NCBI GenBank assembly: GCA_030141605.1
Contig: JAQGDQ010000261.1
Coordinates: forward strand, 124,001-188,000
Length of the DNA stretch: 64,000 nt
DNA from: Tubiluchus corallicola
Taxonomy: Eukaryota; Animalia; Priapulida
Direction: 5' to 3'
The number at the start of each line of letters is the position of its first letter. Position 1 is the first letter of the stretch. The notes under the pieces were generated by a model. That model had not been told where the DNA came from, ran no database searches, and saw only the letters and a program-made list of their open reading frames with translations. A program made the translations under genes and the position numbers. Of the stretch, positions 12,494-26,418 are shown one piece after another.

Positions 12494-15400
12494 CACAGGA
12501 CATATAGATAAAAGACAAACAGACAAAAATACTTTGATGGTTTAAAAAAGCATTAATAAAATATTATTGCTATTAAGTACACCTGAGGACAAAGTTTTTG
12601 GGAGAATTTTTGCTACAGAAAGAAGACAATCTGTGTAAAAGGATGTAGCCTAGAAAAAATGAAACAGGGAATCAAAAATGCGTTTTGCGGTTAATTCGCA
12701 TATTAGATGCTCTTAAAACCACAAGTAGTAACACGGGCAATACAGGACTATTACAGTTTCAGTATTTTACAGCACGTATTGGTTGACATACCAATTATAT
12801 ATGTAGTTAATATATTCTATTTTGCCCTCTATTGATTTATAATTTTAAAAAGTATGTCAAGAATCATAAATTTCACTTAGTTAAAAGCAAGAATACAGAA
12901 GCATGAACAGTCTGAAAACATCTTGAAAGCTAACTTGAATTTCGAATTTAGCAATTGTAGTAAAATAATGACAGCATATGTTTAACAATATACTCCTATT
13001 AAGCTTAAAAATGATGCAGTATCAAAAATTAGCTTTTCATTTAAGAAAGGCAATATGAAAAGTTAAAGATCTAATACCAGAGCATTAACATATGCAAGGC
13101 CAAACAAGTAAATTTTAATAACTAAGAAGTCAAATTAAAATTAGTTATTTAAACAGCTTTAATTAATTTGAGCCAAAGACAGTCTGGCTAATCATTCTAG
13201 CAAATTTGCAATTAAATTAGATCATAGGAACACGCACCTTAAAGAGTTCTAATTAAACAATTAATTAGAGAATCTTTCCATTTTTTGTTTTGAATCAAGG
13301 ATATCCTATATAGATGTGACGCCAAATTTTAATTCAATGAATAAGTACTTTAGAAGTTATTTGAACTCATTTGGAGTTAAAAAGTTGAAAAGTGTAAGGG
13401 GCAGTGTGATTAAATATCGCCTGAGGACTTTTCCAGTAAATGATGATAATTCTTTATGGTGTAATCCAGATATAAAACGTTGAATCAAAATGTAAATTGT
13501 GTGATTATATAGCTTTGTTGTATACAAATGACATCAATCATACTATTACACGAAGTAGAAAAGAGAGAGAGAGAGAGAGCAAGTACACATAAGTCTCACA
13601 AGCGTCAGCTCGTAATCCCTAGTAACTCTGCAGCGTGCTATTTTAGCTCATGACATCAGTTCTATTGAGTCTATTCTTCGAACTCTCCTTTGCTGACTTG
13701 TTAGTCAATTGTCAGCTTGGCCCTGATTGTAGATGCAGCTGAGTGCTGATCAGTTGAGTGGAAGGAACTATCAGTTGAATTTGTAACAAGGATACTGATT
13801 GGTCAAGTGAGCACAGCTAGTCAGCTGTCAGTCATTCGCACGTGCAAGTGCTGTACATCTCGCAGGATGTTTGTGAAACATGATACTACATGCACCTGAT
13901 ACTCAAACATGCTGGTACCTGTTACCTGTCTTAATCGTCATAACTGCCATTTCACGCTGATGTGTGAAATGGGTGCAGCTGGTCACTGCTGTTTTCAAGA
14001 AGTTGGTGCAGCTGGTCATTGCTGTTGCCGAGAAATGATTGGTCATTCACACTGACGCACCTGTTATTATTGTTTCTATGAAGTGGGCTGCAGCGGATGT
14101 CACCAACCTCTAATACCTAACTGTTCACAAGCGTGCCTAATGTATACGCATATATAGACAGCACGGATCTAACATTAAATAACTTAATACGCTTATTAAT
14201 TACATGACACGCATAATTAATTAACATGAATTACTTCGCGTAGATTAACCCTTTCAGAGCAGTATGAGTTTTTGTGAGCGTTGAAAATATTGCTGTTTTA
14301 CTAAATAAATTTTCAGCACTTTGCTTTACTCAACGGTTGTCGTTAGTATAGAGTAAACAATAATTATTACAGTAGAGTCGTATTTACTTAAAATACGGCG
14401 TGTTCCACTATTTAACAATAGCAAATATTTACGAAAAAACCCGGTGGCAAGAGCTGAAGCTTTTAAAGCAGATCACGATCAGCGTAATATTATACAGAAG
14501 GACAAATGTGAAAAAGTCATAAAAATCTTACATGTTTGTCCGCAAGATAAAAATGTCATTCACTTTTAATAGTATTAAAAAGCTGTCAACTATGTTGCTT
14601 TTAAGTTAGCATTTCTGTTTCTGTTTTGCTTAGCCTAAGGGATAATCAGGTGTATGCTCGGTTCAGGGGTGAGCAACATATTGACAAAAGATCTTAAATC
14701 TCTGTTTAAGAGTCCTGCTTCGCTTTTGAGAGTGAAAATAATACCAAATGTCATTATAATAATTGTGTGCACATCAGTTTATTGACACCATTAATTTAAG
14801 AAACACTATAAATGTAGGTTGTTTTTCAGTTACTAAGCCAGTCACCAGGGCTACTCAATGTAAAGGGCAAGAGTAAAAGTGTAAAAACACGAGTACAAGT
14901 CCTAAAAAGATTTCTTATAACAAATTTTCTTGCGACAGGCGGTAACTATTGTTTACTAACTTTCTTCTGAAAGCAAGTGAAGTCACAATTAACATGATAA
15001 GCAGAAACAAAGCAATTAATACCTTTAATAAAATGTGTAGGCGTTTAGAAGCTTACACGGATAAACGCGCGCAGCTTCTGACCGCATAAAAGGAGCGATG
15101 AAACAAACTTATATTAAGACTGATAAAGCTGACATCCGATGAGTCTGAGACCATAACCAGTCAAAACTAGGCATATTTTTCAAATGACTGCAGGTAACAG
15201 ACGCAATAGCTATTATCACCTTCAAGAAACTTCGATAAATGGATGTATTTGGAGGAAGAACCAGCAATATACGACCACTTTTTTAAGTGTTTGGTGTTGC
15301 TCAGCCGACCATATATGAACTATAATGACGTCTAGTGTAGGTACAGGAGTCTTAGGTAAGGCCGTAGGAAATTCATGCTAATTTTTGATACTGCATCATT

Positions 15401-15908
15401 GTTCAGCTTAATATAAGTAGATTGCAAATCGTATGCTGTTTTAGTTAATTTGTTTTTTAATTGCAATTGTTAAATTCGAAAAGCAAGATGGCGTCCAAAA
15501 TGGCTTCCGACTGTTCAAGCTTCAGCATTCTTGCTTTTAATTAAATGAAAATTATGATTCGTCGTTTTTTTAAATTATAAATCAATAAACGGCAAAATAG
15601 AGTAAATAAATTCTACAAATATTAGTATGTCAACCGAAGAAATGCTGTAAAACAACGAAAATTTGTGTAATAGCTCTAGATTGCCCGTGTTACTACTTGT
15701 GGTTTTAAGAACATCTAATATGCGAATTAACCGCAAAACGCGTTTTTGATTCCCTGTTTCATTTTTTCTAGGCTACATCCTTTTACACAGATTGTCTTCT
15801 TTTTGTAGCAAAAATTCTTCCAGAAACTTTATCCTTAAGCATGCTTAATAAAAATGCTTTTCATCAAATAATTTTTTGTCTGTTAGTCTTTTATCTATAT
15901 GTCCTGTG
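12494..15908. mobile_element. Non-autonomous DNA transposon with ~230-250-bp TIRs and TA target duplication
   Basis: TA|CACAGGACATATAGATAAAAGAC ... GTCTTTTATCTATATGTCCTGTG|TA; arms 12494-12741 and 15680-15908 are closely reverse-complementary; no transposase ORF recognised inside. Confidence 0.8.
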
Positions 15909-16109
15909 TACAGTTGAATACTTTAACTTTATTTACTAAAACATGTACTTTTTAATGTACGAAATTTTAAATAAAAATAAAATAAAATAATATAAGACAG
16001 TTATCACTCATTTATATTATCACCAAGAATTATTAGTCACGCTTTATTAAATAAAAGATTAACAGTATGTCTCACTTGCAATTTCACTCAAGCTGCTATC
16101 AGCACATCC

Positions 16110-16288
16110 ATGGTGGTCCTTAGGCCATCCATCTACCTGGTGGCCGTTTGACGACTTTTTTAAAGTTGTTAAGGTGTCCTTTGACAGGCGTTTTTTTTGT
16201 CTGTGGTGATCCCTTGACCGATGGTTCTTTGTCTGGTGGTCACTTGACTGGTGGTCCCTTGTCTGGTGGCTGTTTAACCGCCCTCCAC
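16110..16288. repeat. Degenerate ~15-bp tandem repeat (GGTGGTCCCTTGTCT-like)
   Basis: ggtggtcacttgact ggtggtcccttgtct ggtggctgtttaacc and related units. Confidence 0.6.
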
Positions 16289-17064
16289 CAGTGTAGCGTA
16301 ATCTGCTTTAAGCTGGACAACTTTAGCTGCAGGCATTATGCTGGTATGTCCAAAAACAATTATAGCTTCTATTTACAGTCATTAAAAATTTAATGTTGTG
16401 GCCACACAGTTTAATGTGTTAGGTCAGTAGTAGTCTGGAAATTCTTTTGTCGGCAAGGTAAACATTTAACTCAAGCGATATGCAGGTATTAAATCCTTAC
16501 TGTTTTGCAGAGATTGGCACGATTTTGCGGAAGTTCTAAATGTTCCTCATTAATGGCACACATTTTGAAATATTTTTGTTTCTAAGGAATCTGCATAGCT
16601 TGAGATGTGCATTGCATATACTCTACATAGCAGTTTAAACAGAGGTTTTACATGCATAGGTATCAAACGTTGGAAGTACAGTACTGTCAACTTTGTTTGT
16701 GTTAGTGTTGAGTGGTTACTAAAACCACTAGTTCTAATGACTTACACAACATTTAAGTCAGTTAACCAAGTTGCCATTACATTCAGGTTCAATTATTATT
16801 GCTACCATAGATACTAGTTACCATGGGGATCAGTTGCTATTGCTTTATTGCTTTTGCTGTTTGCCATGAGCTCTCCTGACCGTTGTCATGGTGATGCCGA
16901 GTAGCATTATGATCTGTAGTACTATATTTAACTCAGTGTTAATGAGAGATGAGCTATCTGGGTTTTTGCTATGACATCCTCTAGTACTATATTTAGTTCG
17001 GTGTTGCTGGGTGGGTCAACTATTCCGGTTGCTGTATAGTGACCCCCAATACTGTAATTAGCTC

Positions 17065-18270
17065 ATGGATTATTTTACAAAATGGCCGGAATGCTATCCC
17101 TTACCGAATTAAGAAGCCGAGACTGTAGCTGCAGTATTGGTAAACGGATTTGGGTTACCAAACGAAATTCTTTCAGACCAAGGCCGAAATTTTGAAAGTA
17201 AGATCTTTCAGCAATGCTGTAACCTTATGGGTATTGAGAAAACTCGAACGACCTCGCTTAACCCAAAAAGCGATGGAATGCGCGAGCGCTTTATAAGGAC
17301 CATTTCCCGACAGCTTGCGCAGTTCACTAGTGCCCATCAGCGTGACTGGGATGAAAAGATTCCTTTGTTTTTGCTTTCATACACACACAGATCAGCCGTA
17401 CATGACTCAACTGGATTCACCCCTGCTCAAGCCATGCTTAATAGAGAACTAAGACTGCCTCTTGATCTATTAACAGGACGCCCACCTTCAAACATTGATT
17501 CAAGCACTGTCGTCCAATATGTTAAAAATCTCGAGAATGTCCGTTCTCGCTATGTTCAATTTTCTGTTGGGGAAAAAGTTTGGTTTTTTAACCCTCAGCG
17601 TAAAATTGGTCGCAGTCCAAAGCTTCTGTCTGATTGGCAGTGACTTTATGAAATCATAACACGCCTCTCAGGTCTGCTGGGACCAAGACAAAGATGCAAA
17701 ATTGTTCATGCAGATCGACTTTATACACCAACCACTGGCTTTTTGCTGGACACCTGGTGAAACGCCTTCACTCAATGAATCTGACAGCTAAGCTACAGAA
17801 ACGTATAGCCTTGATTTCGAAGTTACTGCCGATAAATCTGCCATCGATAACTCCAATGGCGGGTACCGATAAATCTAAAACTGAACTAAACATTGAACTC
17901 GAGCCACAGCTGACTGCAGCTGATTGTTCTGTATCTCTCGATTCTTTCGGATTGCCGCCACCTCCATACACAAAATGCAGAACAGTGAAAGTGCATCGAG
18001 TTTTCCAGCCCAAATTCCAGAACTGCTTAATTCCTCCATGTCAGCCTTAATTCCTATTCGTGACCCACTTTCCCTTTCCTATGACAATTCATCCAGCGGT
18101 GATGTCCGGCTTTCATTGCCCACTTTCTCTCCGCCTATACCAAAACCACGAACATCCACACCCAAAAGAGTTGACTTCCCAGGCTCAACTACACTTAGTT
18201 TATTTGACACAGCCGACTCTGCCGAATTTATTCCTGGCGAATCAACTCGACAACTCATTAACGAATGATT
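17065..18270 (+). mobile_element. Ty3/Gypsy LTR-retrotransposon integrase relic
   Basis: MDYFTKWPECYPLPN*EAETVA; GLPNEILSDQGRNFES; TRTT..NPKSDGM.ERF; HDSTGFTP; FSVGEKVW...KL...WQ*LY (GPY/F-module region); VHADRL. Contains stops and deletions. Confidence 0.92.
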
Positions 18271-18383
18271 TCCTGGTAGCTCCAGTTCAGCAATTGCTGA
18301 GGACTCCTCTGAAAAGGCCGGCGGTACTGTACGCACGCCTCTTTCAGGCGAGAGTCTACCCAGGTGAACCATTCTAGGAGCAA

Positions 18384-18935
18384 TGTAGTCTTGAGTCAAC
18401 CGACTTCAGTTGTTGACTAGTTCTAATTAGTTTTTTCTTTCTTGATAATTGATGTTTATTGTTGTTGCTTTTGTCCTTTGAGGTCCTATTTCTAGCTTCG
18501 CGACAAAGTCTTGTCCGTTGGTGAACAGAGCGACTTTGACCACTGACCAACCCTTGGTTGCGTAAATTAATCAAACACGGCAAGGTGTTAAAATTCTTTT
18601 ACAAGTTTAAGTTGTCAGCGTTGTTGTTGCTTATCAAAGATGCTGATTCATTTAAAGATAACGTGGCATATAAATGTTTTGCAACTTTTTGTTTTTGTTT
18701 CCCGCTATGAATATAGTTGGTGCAAGCAGATTTACTACCTTTTTTCTTCTGTTCTATACACGGCTTATTTGGAAATTTATGGAGAATCGACGTTTTTAGC
18801 CATATAAGCCAATACTTAAGCTCAACAAATCTTATGCTGGGTCTGCAGTGAAAATTCACTTGAACTAACAATATGCTTGACATGAGTACTAGCGTTCATC
18901 TTTCATAAACAAGCTTTACCAACCCAGGCGTTACA
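18384..18935 (+). mobile_element. Possible LTR of the Gypsy relic
   Basis: Starts TGTAG after short purine-rich aggagcaa and ends GTTACA; no second LTR or TSD found, so boundaries are tentative. Confidence 0.3.
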
Positions 18936-20035
18936 GCCGTGGTATCGGATGCGTTGTTGGTTGGCTAAAGCCTAGTTCATACCTTGCTATTGCATTTGAT
19001 GTCGCTATTGCTTGTTGAGACATGATGATTGGTACTGGTGAATCATTACGAATTGCAGATCGTGCGGATTATTTACGCTAAGTTACGTTTATTCACGGAC
19101 AGCGGGTGATATCTGATTACATTTATTTCGTTTATTTTTACATTCTTACGTAGACATACTTAGGCACACATAGTTGGAAGTTTTCTAGGTCGACTTGCCG
19201 TTATATAAAAATTGTTGTTACGAGATATGCAATGTTTAACTTAACTTATTCAAACAAGAAAACGGATATTGTTTTCATCGTTTAATTTGTAATTCAGTAT
19301 GCGTTATACACTAGCCCACTAGATTTATTTAAACACGTTATTTTCTCAAAATTTCGACTTTATCAATTGTAAGAATTGGCCCCATGAAACAATATATATT
19401 AGGGTAGATCCATTTAATGGGTATGATCTACTTACTGGACATATTTGAGGGCCGTATGGGAAAGTGAAAAATCAGGCTCTGAGCAATAGTGTATCTTCAT
19501 GCAAAATTTCAGTTTCAATGAAAACTGTACCCTGTGACAGCCTTTAAAGATAACTGTGACAACAACATCACCAATGACATGACCAACATAACGCACTTTG
19601 TTCGGGACCCTAAAACACAACACTTTTGCAGCAGGCAGCAGCTGGGAATGAACAATTGTGCAATCTCAATGTTTACTTGGAATGCTTGTTACCTTTTTAA
19701 CACATAAGTTTGCAAGTTTGCATAAATAAGTTACACATAAAACGTGACTTATTTCGCACATTCTCTAAAACGAAATTGGCGTTATATAAAATGCCTAGGA
19801 ACAGCATATCCAAAACAAGCAGACTTGAAAGCTTTGCCTAATAAAACTTTCGCATTATATACATAATACCTAGAAAAAGTGTAGAAGAAAATATGTTAGA
19901 CGCTTCATAAAATGCCCAGGCAATTCATAGATACCCTGTTTCACACTTTTTCTGTAACATGTATTAGAAATGCTGATGTACTAAATTATTTGGTGCACTT
20001 GATCAAAGATGAATTTATTATAATTATATACTCAC

Positions 20036-20075
20036 GTGACAGTATTACACACTCGTGTCTCTAATATGAAAATAA
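20036..20075 (-). promoter_or_regulatory. Putative non-coding first exon / core promoter of collagen A
   Basis: Donor CAC|GTGAGTAT at 20036/20035. Flanks resemble 43250-43445 of gene B by eye (tacacactc; tatgaaat..ataaat; tttt..gat.tattt.tgata). The signal exon starts with an acceptor, so an upstream exon is needed. Start site approximate. Confidence 0.4.
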
Positions 20076-20610
20076 TGAATGCACATAAATTAATGTTTTT
20101 TTAATTAGAGGAACTGTTATCTGCTCTGTAGTAATGGCATGTTTTTATACGATGTATTTTTGATATATTGTTTGGTCGGCGCAATAAACTCCATATAATG
20201 CATATAAACTGTACTTAATAACAATAATGAGCAATGACAGTAATGACCCAGTGGTCAATGCATGACATGTGCTTCGAGATCGAAGTTAAGCAATGCCAAG
20301 ATGAATGTTAATGAACACTTGGTTCACGCTTCCCCGAATGTTTACCTCATAGAAGGAGGGCGTACAATATGTATACAGTCTAACATGGCTTGGACCCAAC
20401 TGCCAGTTCTTAGAGGCTTAGCTTTAATAATGAGCTATGTTCCAGTCACGCCACAAACGCCAAAAGTAAGGCCTGCTGTTTTATGCTGGACTCTGGCTTG
20501 TAATCTACCGAACTGTGTAAATGAGTAAAAGATCTGTCATTCTGTCAACGCTAAAGAAAGCAATCCAGTCTCACCAGATCAGCTTCAAAGTGCATTGCTA
20601 GATATGTATG

Positions 20611-21177
<567 letters not shown>

Positions 21178-22821
21178 ACTGGTACCTTTCACAAAATTTT
21201 CTTCAATTTGTCTACTTTTTAGAATTACTAATCTCCACTTATCCACCATAAATACCACATAGGCATAGACGTTGTGCTATTGCACATTGTTCAAGCACAC
21301 AGCTCACAATGTTCAAGCTATTGTTCAAACGTTCATAAGTAAAAACCACAGATTTGCCTTGAATACAAGTTGGTTTATGGCTAGGTTCAAAATCCGTTTT
21401 ATAAGGAGATAGCGGAGCGACAAACCAATATGTTTGAGGTCAATTCATCGGGCGCTAGTCAGTTATGGACAGGTATGATGTAACAATCTGTTTGACGGTA
21501 ACACAACGATGATCAAAACTGGCATACTGGTTGTCCTGTAATTCGACATGCCATGTGTGGTTTACCTGCGTTGTTTCCGTAGGATGAGAAACGTGCCCCA
21601 AGTACAGTCTGAAAGTTGTATTTGCAATGAGTCTTGATTCACAGCTGGAGCAAGCATGCTCTACTGTTAACTCGACCTGTCTTAGCTGTTGCTAACTTGG
21701 TGCAGGACCTAACCTGGATTTCCCTGACTGGATCCGGCTCACAATGGCTAGATTGTGTCTAGCTTCTCGCTTCTGATTGGCGGTACCGGAATTTTGTCAC
21801 GGACACTGGTTTCTAGAAACACTTTATTTTCTTGAATGGACTTATTTTAAACATTTATGCTGACTTTTACATTTTTACTTGTCAAAATTTTTGCTTGCAT
21901 TTTTAAATTTACTGTAATCTAACTTGTCATTCCGAGATCGGAATGCTTTTGGAGGGTGATAGTATACTGGGCGCCCCTTTCACGCTAAATGTAAGTTTCT
22001 GTTGAAACCAAGTTATGCGTCATGCCCGTATAAATGCGGTCTTCTCTGCTCTTTTACTGGTCCAATTAGTTTAATCTACGACAGTGTAAACTCTATTTCA
22101 TCATGATTTTCAAATCTACTTCATGTAATTTGCTAATAAAGGTATCGTTTTTCTCACACATCATGCTGTTGTTCCGTGGATGGATCTCAGAAGAGTTAAA
22201 CTGCTTGGCCTCCATATCTGCTGGTACCGAACCAACCTGGGTAGTTATAGCTCTTGTCGGCGAGATACAGCCTGCATTTCAATATATTCACACTAATCGA
22301 TTATGAATTTAATTGCATAACTTACAAAACAAGCAATTAACCCCTAGAATTATTTTGCTCGTTGTTCATGTTTGGTGCGTTTCTGTTATTGCCATGCACA
22401 GGTAAGAGTCAAAAATGAATTCTGAGTAATTTTTCCGTAATTTGGCGATGTACTACACGATATGTGAGTTTAATATAGAATAATAATATATATATAATAA
22501 TTATAGAAATTGTTTTTGTTTATAAGGTGGATTTTGGACCTAATTAGTAATTTTGTACAATAAATTTTTATTAGGTATAATTGCGTGATCGTGACAATGT
22601 TATGGCTGAAATGTTGCTATGTCATGTCTTTGCTTAAGTGGGTGCTAGCAAAGATTTGATATCCCCATCATCAATCGAAACAAATAACATTTACTTACAT
22701 ACATTTAAATTTCGTGTTATACTAGAATTTGTACATTTATACTTTTGCATATTTAATAATGCCAGAAATAATACATATATAGGTTTAAACATTTTACTGA
22801 CAGAACATGAAATAAAGACTA

Positions 22822-23615
22822 TTTATTAGCAAATTAAATCATGAATTAGATTTGACGCTTTCAACGTTTTTCCTCAAACACATTATTGCGCTTTCATTTC
22901 TGATTACAATATAACACTTCCAAAATAATTATTTGTAGTTATTAATACAAAAGTAAGTGGAAAGCCAGATTAACGACAGTATTGTTGCATATAAACGCTG
23001 TGGTGTATTTCACTGTGCATGAGTACTTTTCCACACGCATATCAGTATGAACAATTATAACATGCTTTTGTAATTATACTGTAGCATTGTGTAACTCCTA
23101 GCCTATGTACATATACGTATATAAAAAATACCAAAGTCATTGCTTGATTCAAGAACGTGAACAAGACAGGGGTGATAATTACTAATGAAACAGTTACAAT
23201 AATCTTGTTAGCATTTAAACAGTAATAACGCTCATGCGTGCGCTGAGAGATGAGATCTGATGAGTTAAACAGTACTGAAAATAATGCCTATATGGGGAGT
23301 TTTAGTTGCACAATAGAAAAGAAAGTGAATTGCTGACTCCATGATCCTTACGGCTGTGCAGCCTGTGTGATCATTAGTTGACTTTAGAACAGGGATGAGC
23401 CGATCGACTAAGTTCCCGATCCGAAAAAAATTGGTCCGCAAAGATGAAATCCGCATTCGATTCTCGAGACCAAAGATACTGTTTTGTACAATCTGAAAGT
23501 TTTCTATGCTTAATGAAGTGCTGCAAAAGTTTTGATACTTTCTGACGTTTTGTTTTTTCTCCCAAGCGTATTTGCGCGACGATAATAAAGACAGTTCTGA
23601 TTCTAATGCATTTCT
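22822..23615 (-). other. Putative 3'-UTR terminal exon of collagen B (3' end uncertain)
   Basis: Acceptor AATTTTTATTTTCAG|AGAA (AG at 23617-23616), homologous to the gene A acceptor at 701-700. Candidate minus-strand AATAAA at 22827-22822. Confidence 0.5.
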
Positions 23616-26418
23616 CTGAAAATAAAAATTCAGTAAAAAATTAATGTTTATAATAATGTCCTAAAGTGAATAATGAACGTCACAACGACAGTCATTCACT
23701 ATAAGTGTGACGCTCAGTGTTAATAGCCTTGTGATTAACATGATCACATTTTACAACGTGCCTTTCTATGCAAAACTAATACTAATTTTTTTACCCAGAA
23801 GAAACTCTAGTGATACGTGTAACTGTTGAGTGCTGGAAAATGAAAGATTATTACGTCATTACGATTTCATCTCACGTTTTTGGTGAGGCGATGGTTGAAT
23901 TTGGTGATTGCCCGAAAAAATGTGTTTGCCCGAATCAGCCCCCCTGGCTTGTACGCCTAGATACGTGAATAGATAAGGCGCCCTTATTTTGCGAGAAGAC
24001 GTAAATTCGGTACTAGTTTTGGAAGGTATCATTCACGAACACCCATAGAGGTAGCATGTGTATACAAAATGGACACAACATGCTCAACATGGCTGAAACG
24101 TCTTCGCCGGTTGAGTTTGAGGGATAATCTTGATAATGGGTCAGATTTCCATCATGCGACAAACGTCTCTTTCAGTAGCCCTTGTGTCTGAGTTCTTCCA
24201 GCGTTGAATGTGCAGAAGTGTATGAAACGTAAGGCTAAAGCATCTTGTTTCAGTCATTTTGGATTTTTTTGCAAACTAAAAATAAATAAATGGACTAATT
24301 TAGGGCAGTGTTGAAAGAATTTTTAATGTTAAGCTCAAAGCACAACTCAGTTCACATCTACTAGTCTAAAAAAATTATAAGGATGCACAGGTGCGAAAGT
24401 TTTAACGGACGTCACTGATGCCTCCGTTTGCACTGTTTTATTATAGCAGCGGGTTAACTGGTTAAAGTTCACAGCATGTGATGCTTTTGGTCATTCATGT
24501 TTTTGAACGAAACTTTTACATAAAAAATACCTCAACGTCATTTTGACTACGTTTTTTGAACAAGACTTTTACATAAAAAATACCTCACCGTCATTTTCAG
24601 CTTGAGCAAGGTAAACTGTTTGACTTTGCAGTGTGAAATTTGAAAGGAAAACAAAACTAAAATTTAATGTTGTTCTTTATGCCAGCTATAGTACGGCTGG
24701 GATTACTCCATGCAACTGGCTGGAATTAGTCATTTGTAGAGCCGCGAGAGCCTAATAAAAGTACGCTAAAGAAATTGTAGGATTTAATAAGTACATTATG
24801 GGTTTACCTGAAATGTTTTTCTGAGTTGCATTAGTAATATTAAAACGATTAGTATCGCAAAAAATCGGAAAAATGACAGTAATTCATTTACATACGGTTT
24901 TTATGTAATAATAACATTGAAGCGTGTTTTACAGGGACAGCCCTCCCATCCATTACCAGTAATTCTGTCCGTTACGAAGTTTGTGCATGCTAGCATCTAT
25001 AAATAGCTCAGTTACAGAGGTTTATTAGGTGTTTTTGATACAGCAGTATTTGTTCCGCTGGCCTGGCGAATGCAAGAGAAGCCATCTGACGAGCCTTTCT
25101 TTGATTTTTCTCTGCATAACATTTCGTTTTGGAGTCATTTGAATGATCTGATTATTTGCACATATTGCAATGAAAACCAGCGCCATTAGCATAATATAAT
25201 AATTTTGTTTATAGGATATAGTCCAGGGGTAACACTAAAGTAACTCAGTAAAGTAATCAATGTGGTCCCGGTTATTATTACGTACCTGCATATAACTTTG
25301 ATTAACCCCTGTGCTTGGTCGATGGACCAGTGGTGCCATTTTTGTATATGACTCGGTCGGAACTTTGACAAACCTGTGTGTTTGGTAGAAGAACAAGTGG
25401 CGTCATCTTTTATATAACTCGGTTGGGAATTGTACCCGCTACCTATTGAGTAGGAAGCGATCATTGACTTACCATTAAGCTACTCCCCACCCCGGTAGGA
25501 CTGCATGTAATGTATTTCAGATGACATTTAAAAACGGTTAATGGCCTAGAAAGTTGTTCCTGTCAGCTAATTTGGCTGTGATAGCCATATTTACTTGTAA
25601 ATTTCATTCGCTGTAGGTATCTCAGCCGAAAACGTCTGATAGCATTTCATTTGTATTTCACTGCATGGGCATGTGTGCGCAACCAGATATCAGTGACTTC
25701 ATGCCTAAATTTAATTAAGATGCTTAATTTCTGCCTGTACAAAGTTTTCCATTTTTAAGTACGGTGTAGTAATCCGCTATATAAATTACAATTTTCAGCG
25801 CTGCTTTAATAAGCAGAACGTTGTGCAATAATTATGAACAACGACATTTTACATGGCTTCTGTATAACGAAAGTGTGAATCTGGCGTTGCTTAGTATTTG
25901 ACAATAGATGCAGATATAACTGCCAGCCAGAAAAACGAAATACTGTAATTTTGTATTTAGTACCTAGTTACTTTAATATCTTAATATATATCTCCAAAGT
26001 ACATGGCAATTCTTATTTTGTTTAGTAGGAGGATAGAAACGTCTACGTAAATTCATACTTAAAGAAATGGCGGGAAAGATCATTAAGATTAATTGTTCAC
26101 TATTTGAAAAAGTTTTCACACTTCAGATTGGGTAAAAATGCATGTCTCGTCATCAAATCCTATCTTGGTTCACAGTTCTTGAGTGTATACTTTGTTTATC
26201 GATAATAAAGCCTAAAATAAACTCAAATAGACGTAGGTATAGTTTTGGATCTTGAAAGGAGTTTACAATTCCCCACACAATTTAAATACCCCAACCTTAA
26301 CCCTAATCAACTTCACGAACTAATATCTTGTGTGGAAATTGTAAACTTTAGCCTAGACCTTTTAGCAAATGTTTGTGTTTTTAACCATTATTGTCGAATA
26401 CAATCTTAATATTTTACC

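Larger units (their letters stand above)
11835..16929. mobile_element. Outer diverged inverted-repeat pair (arms ~11835-12473 and ~16588-16929), foldback-like element or two opposed repeat copies
   Basis: cacaaacaaagttgacagtac / gtactgtcaactttgtttgtg and gcaataataattgaacctgaa / ttcaggttcaattattattgc; ORFs 12187(-) and 16605(+) share SVEWL.KP..LMTY.TFKSVN and ITFRFNYYC. Confidence 0.65.

Noticed and set aside
23256-23285. CTGATGAG...GAAA hammerhead-like core in the collagen B 3' region
   Set aside because: No convincing stem II, stem I or stem III pairing.
23374-23615. About 80 open codons in the collagen B terminal exon, in frame with the collagen if TAA were read through
   Set aside because: Not conserved in gene A (stop after 4 codons), no recognisable domain, and TAA-G is a poor readthrough context.
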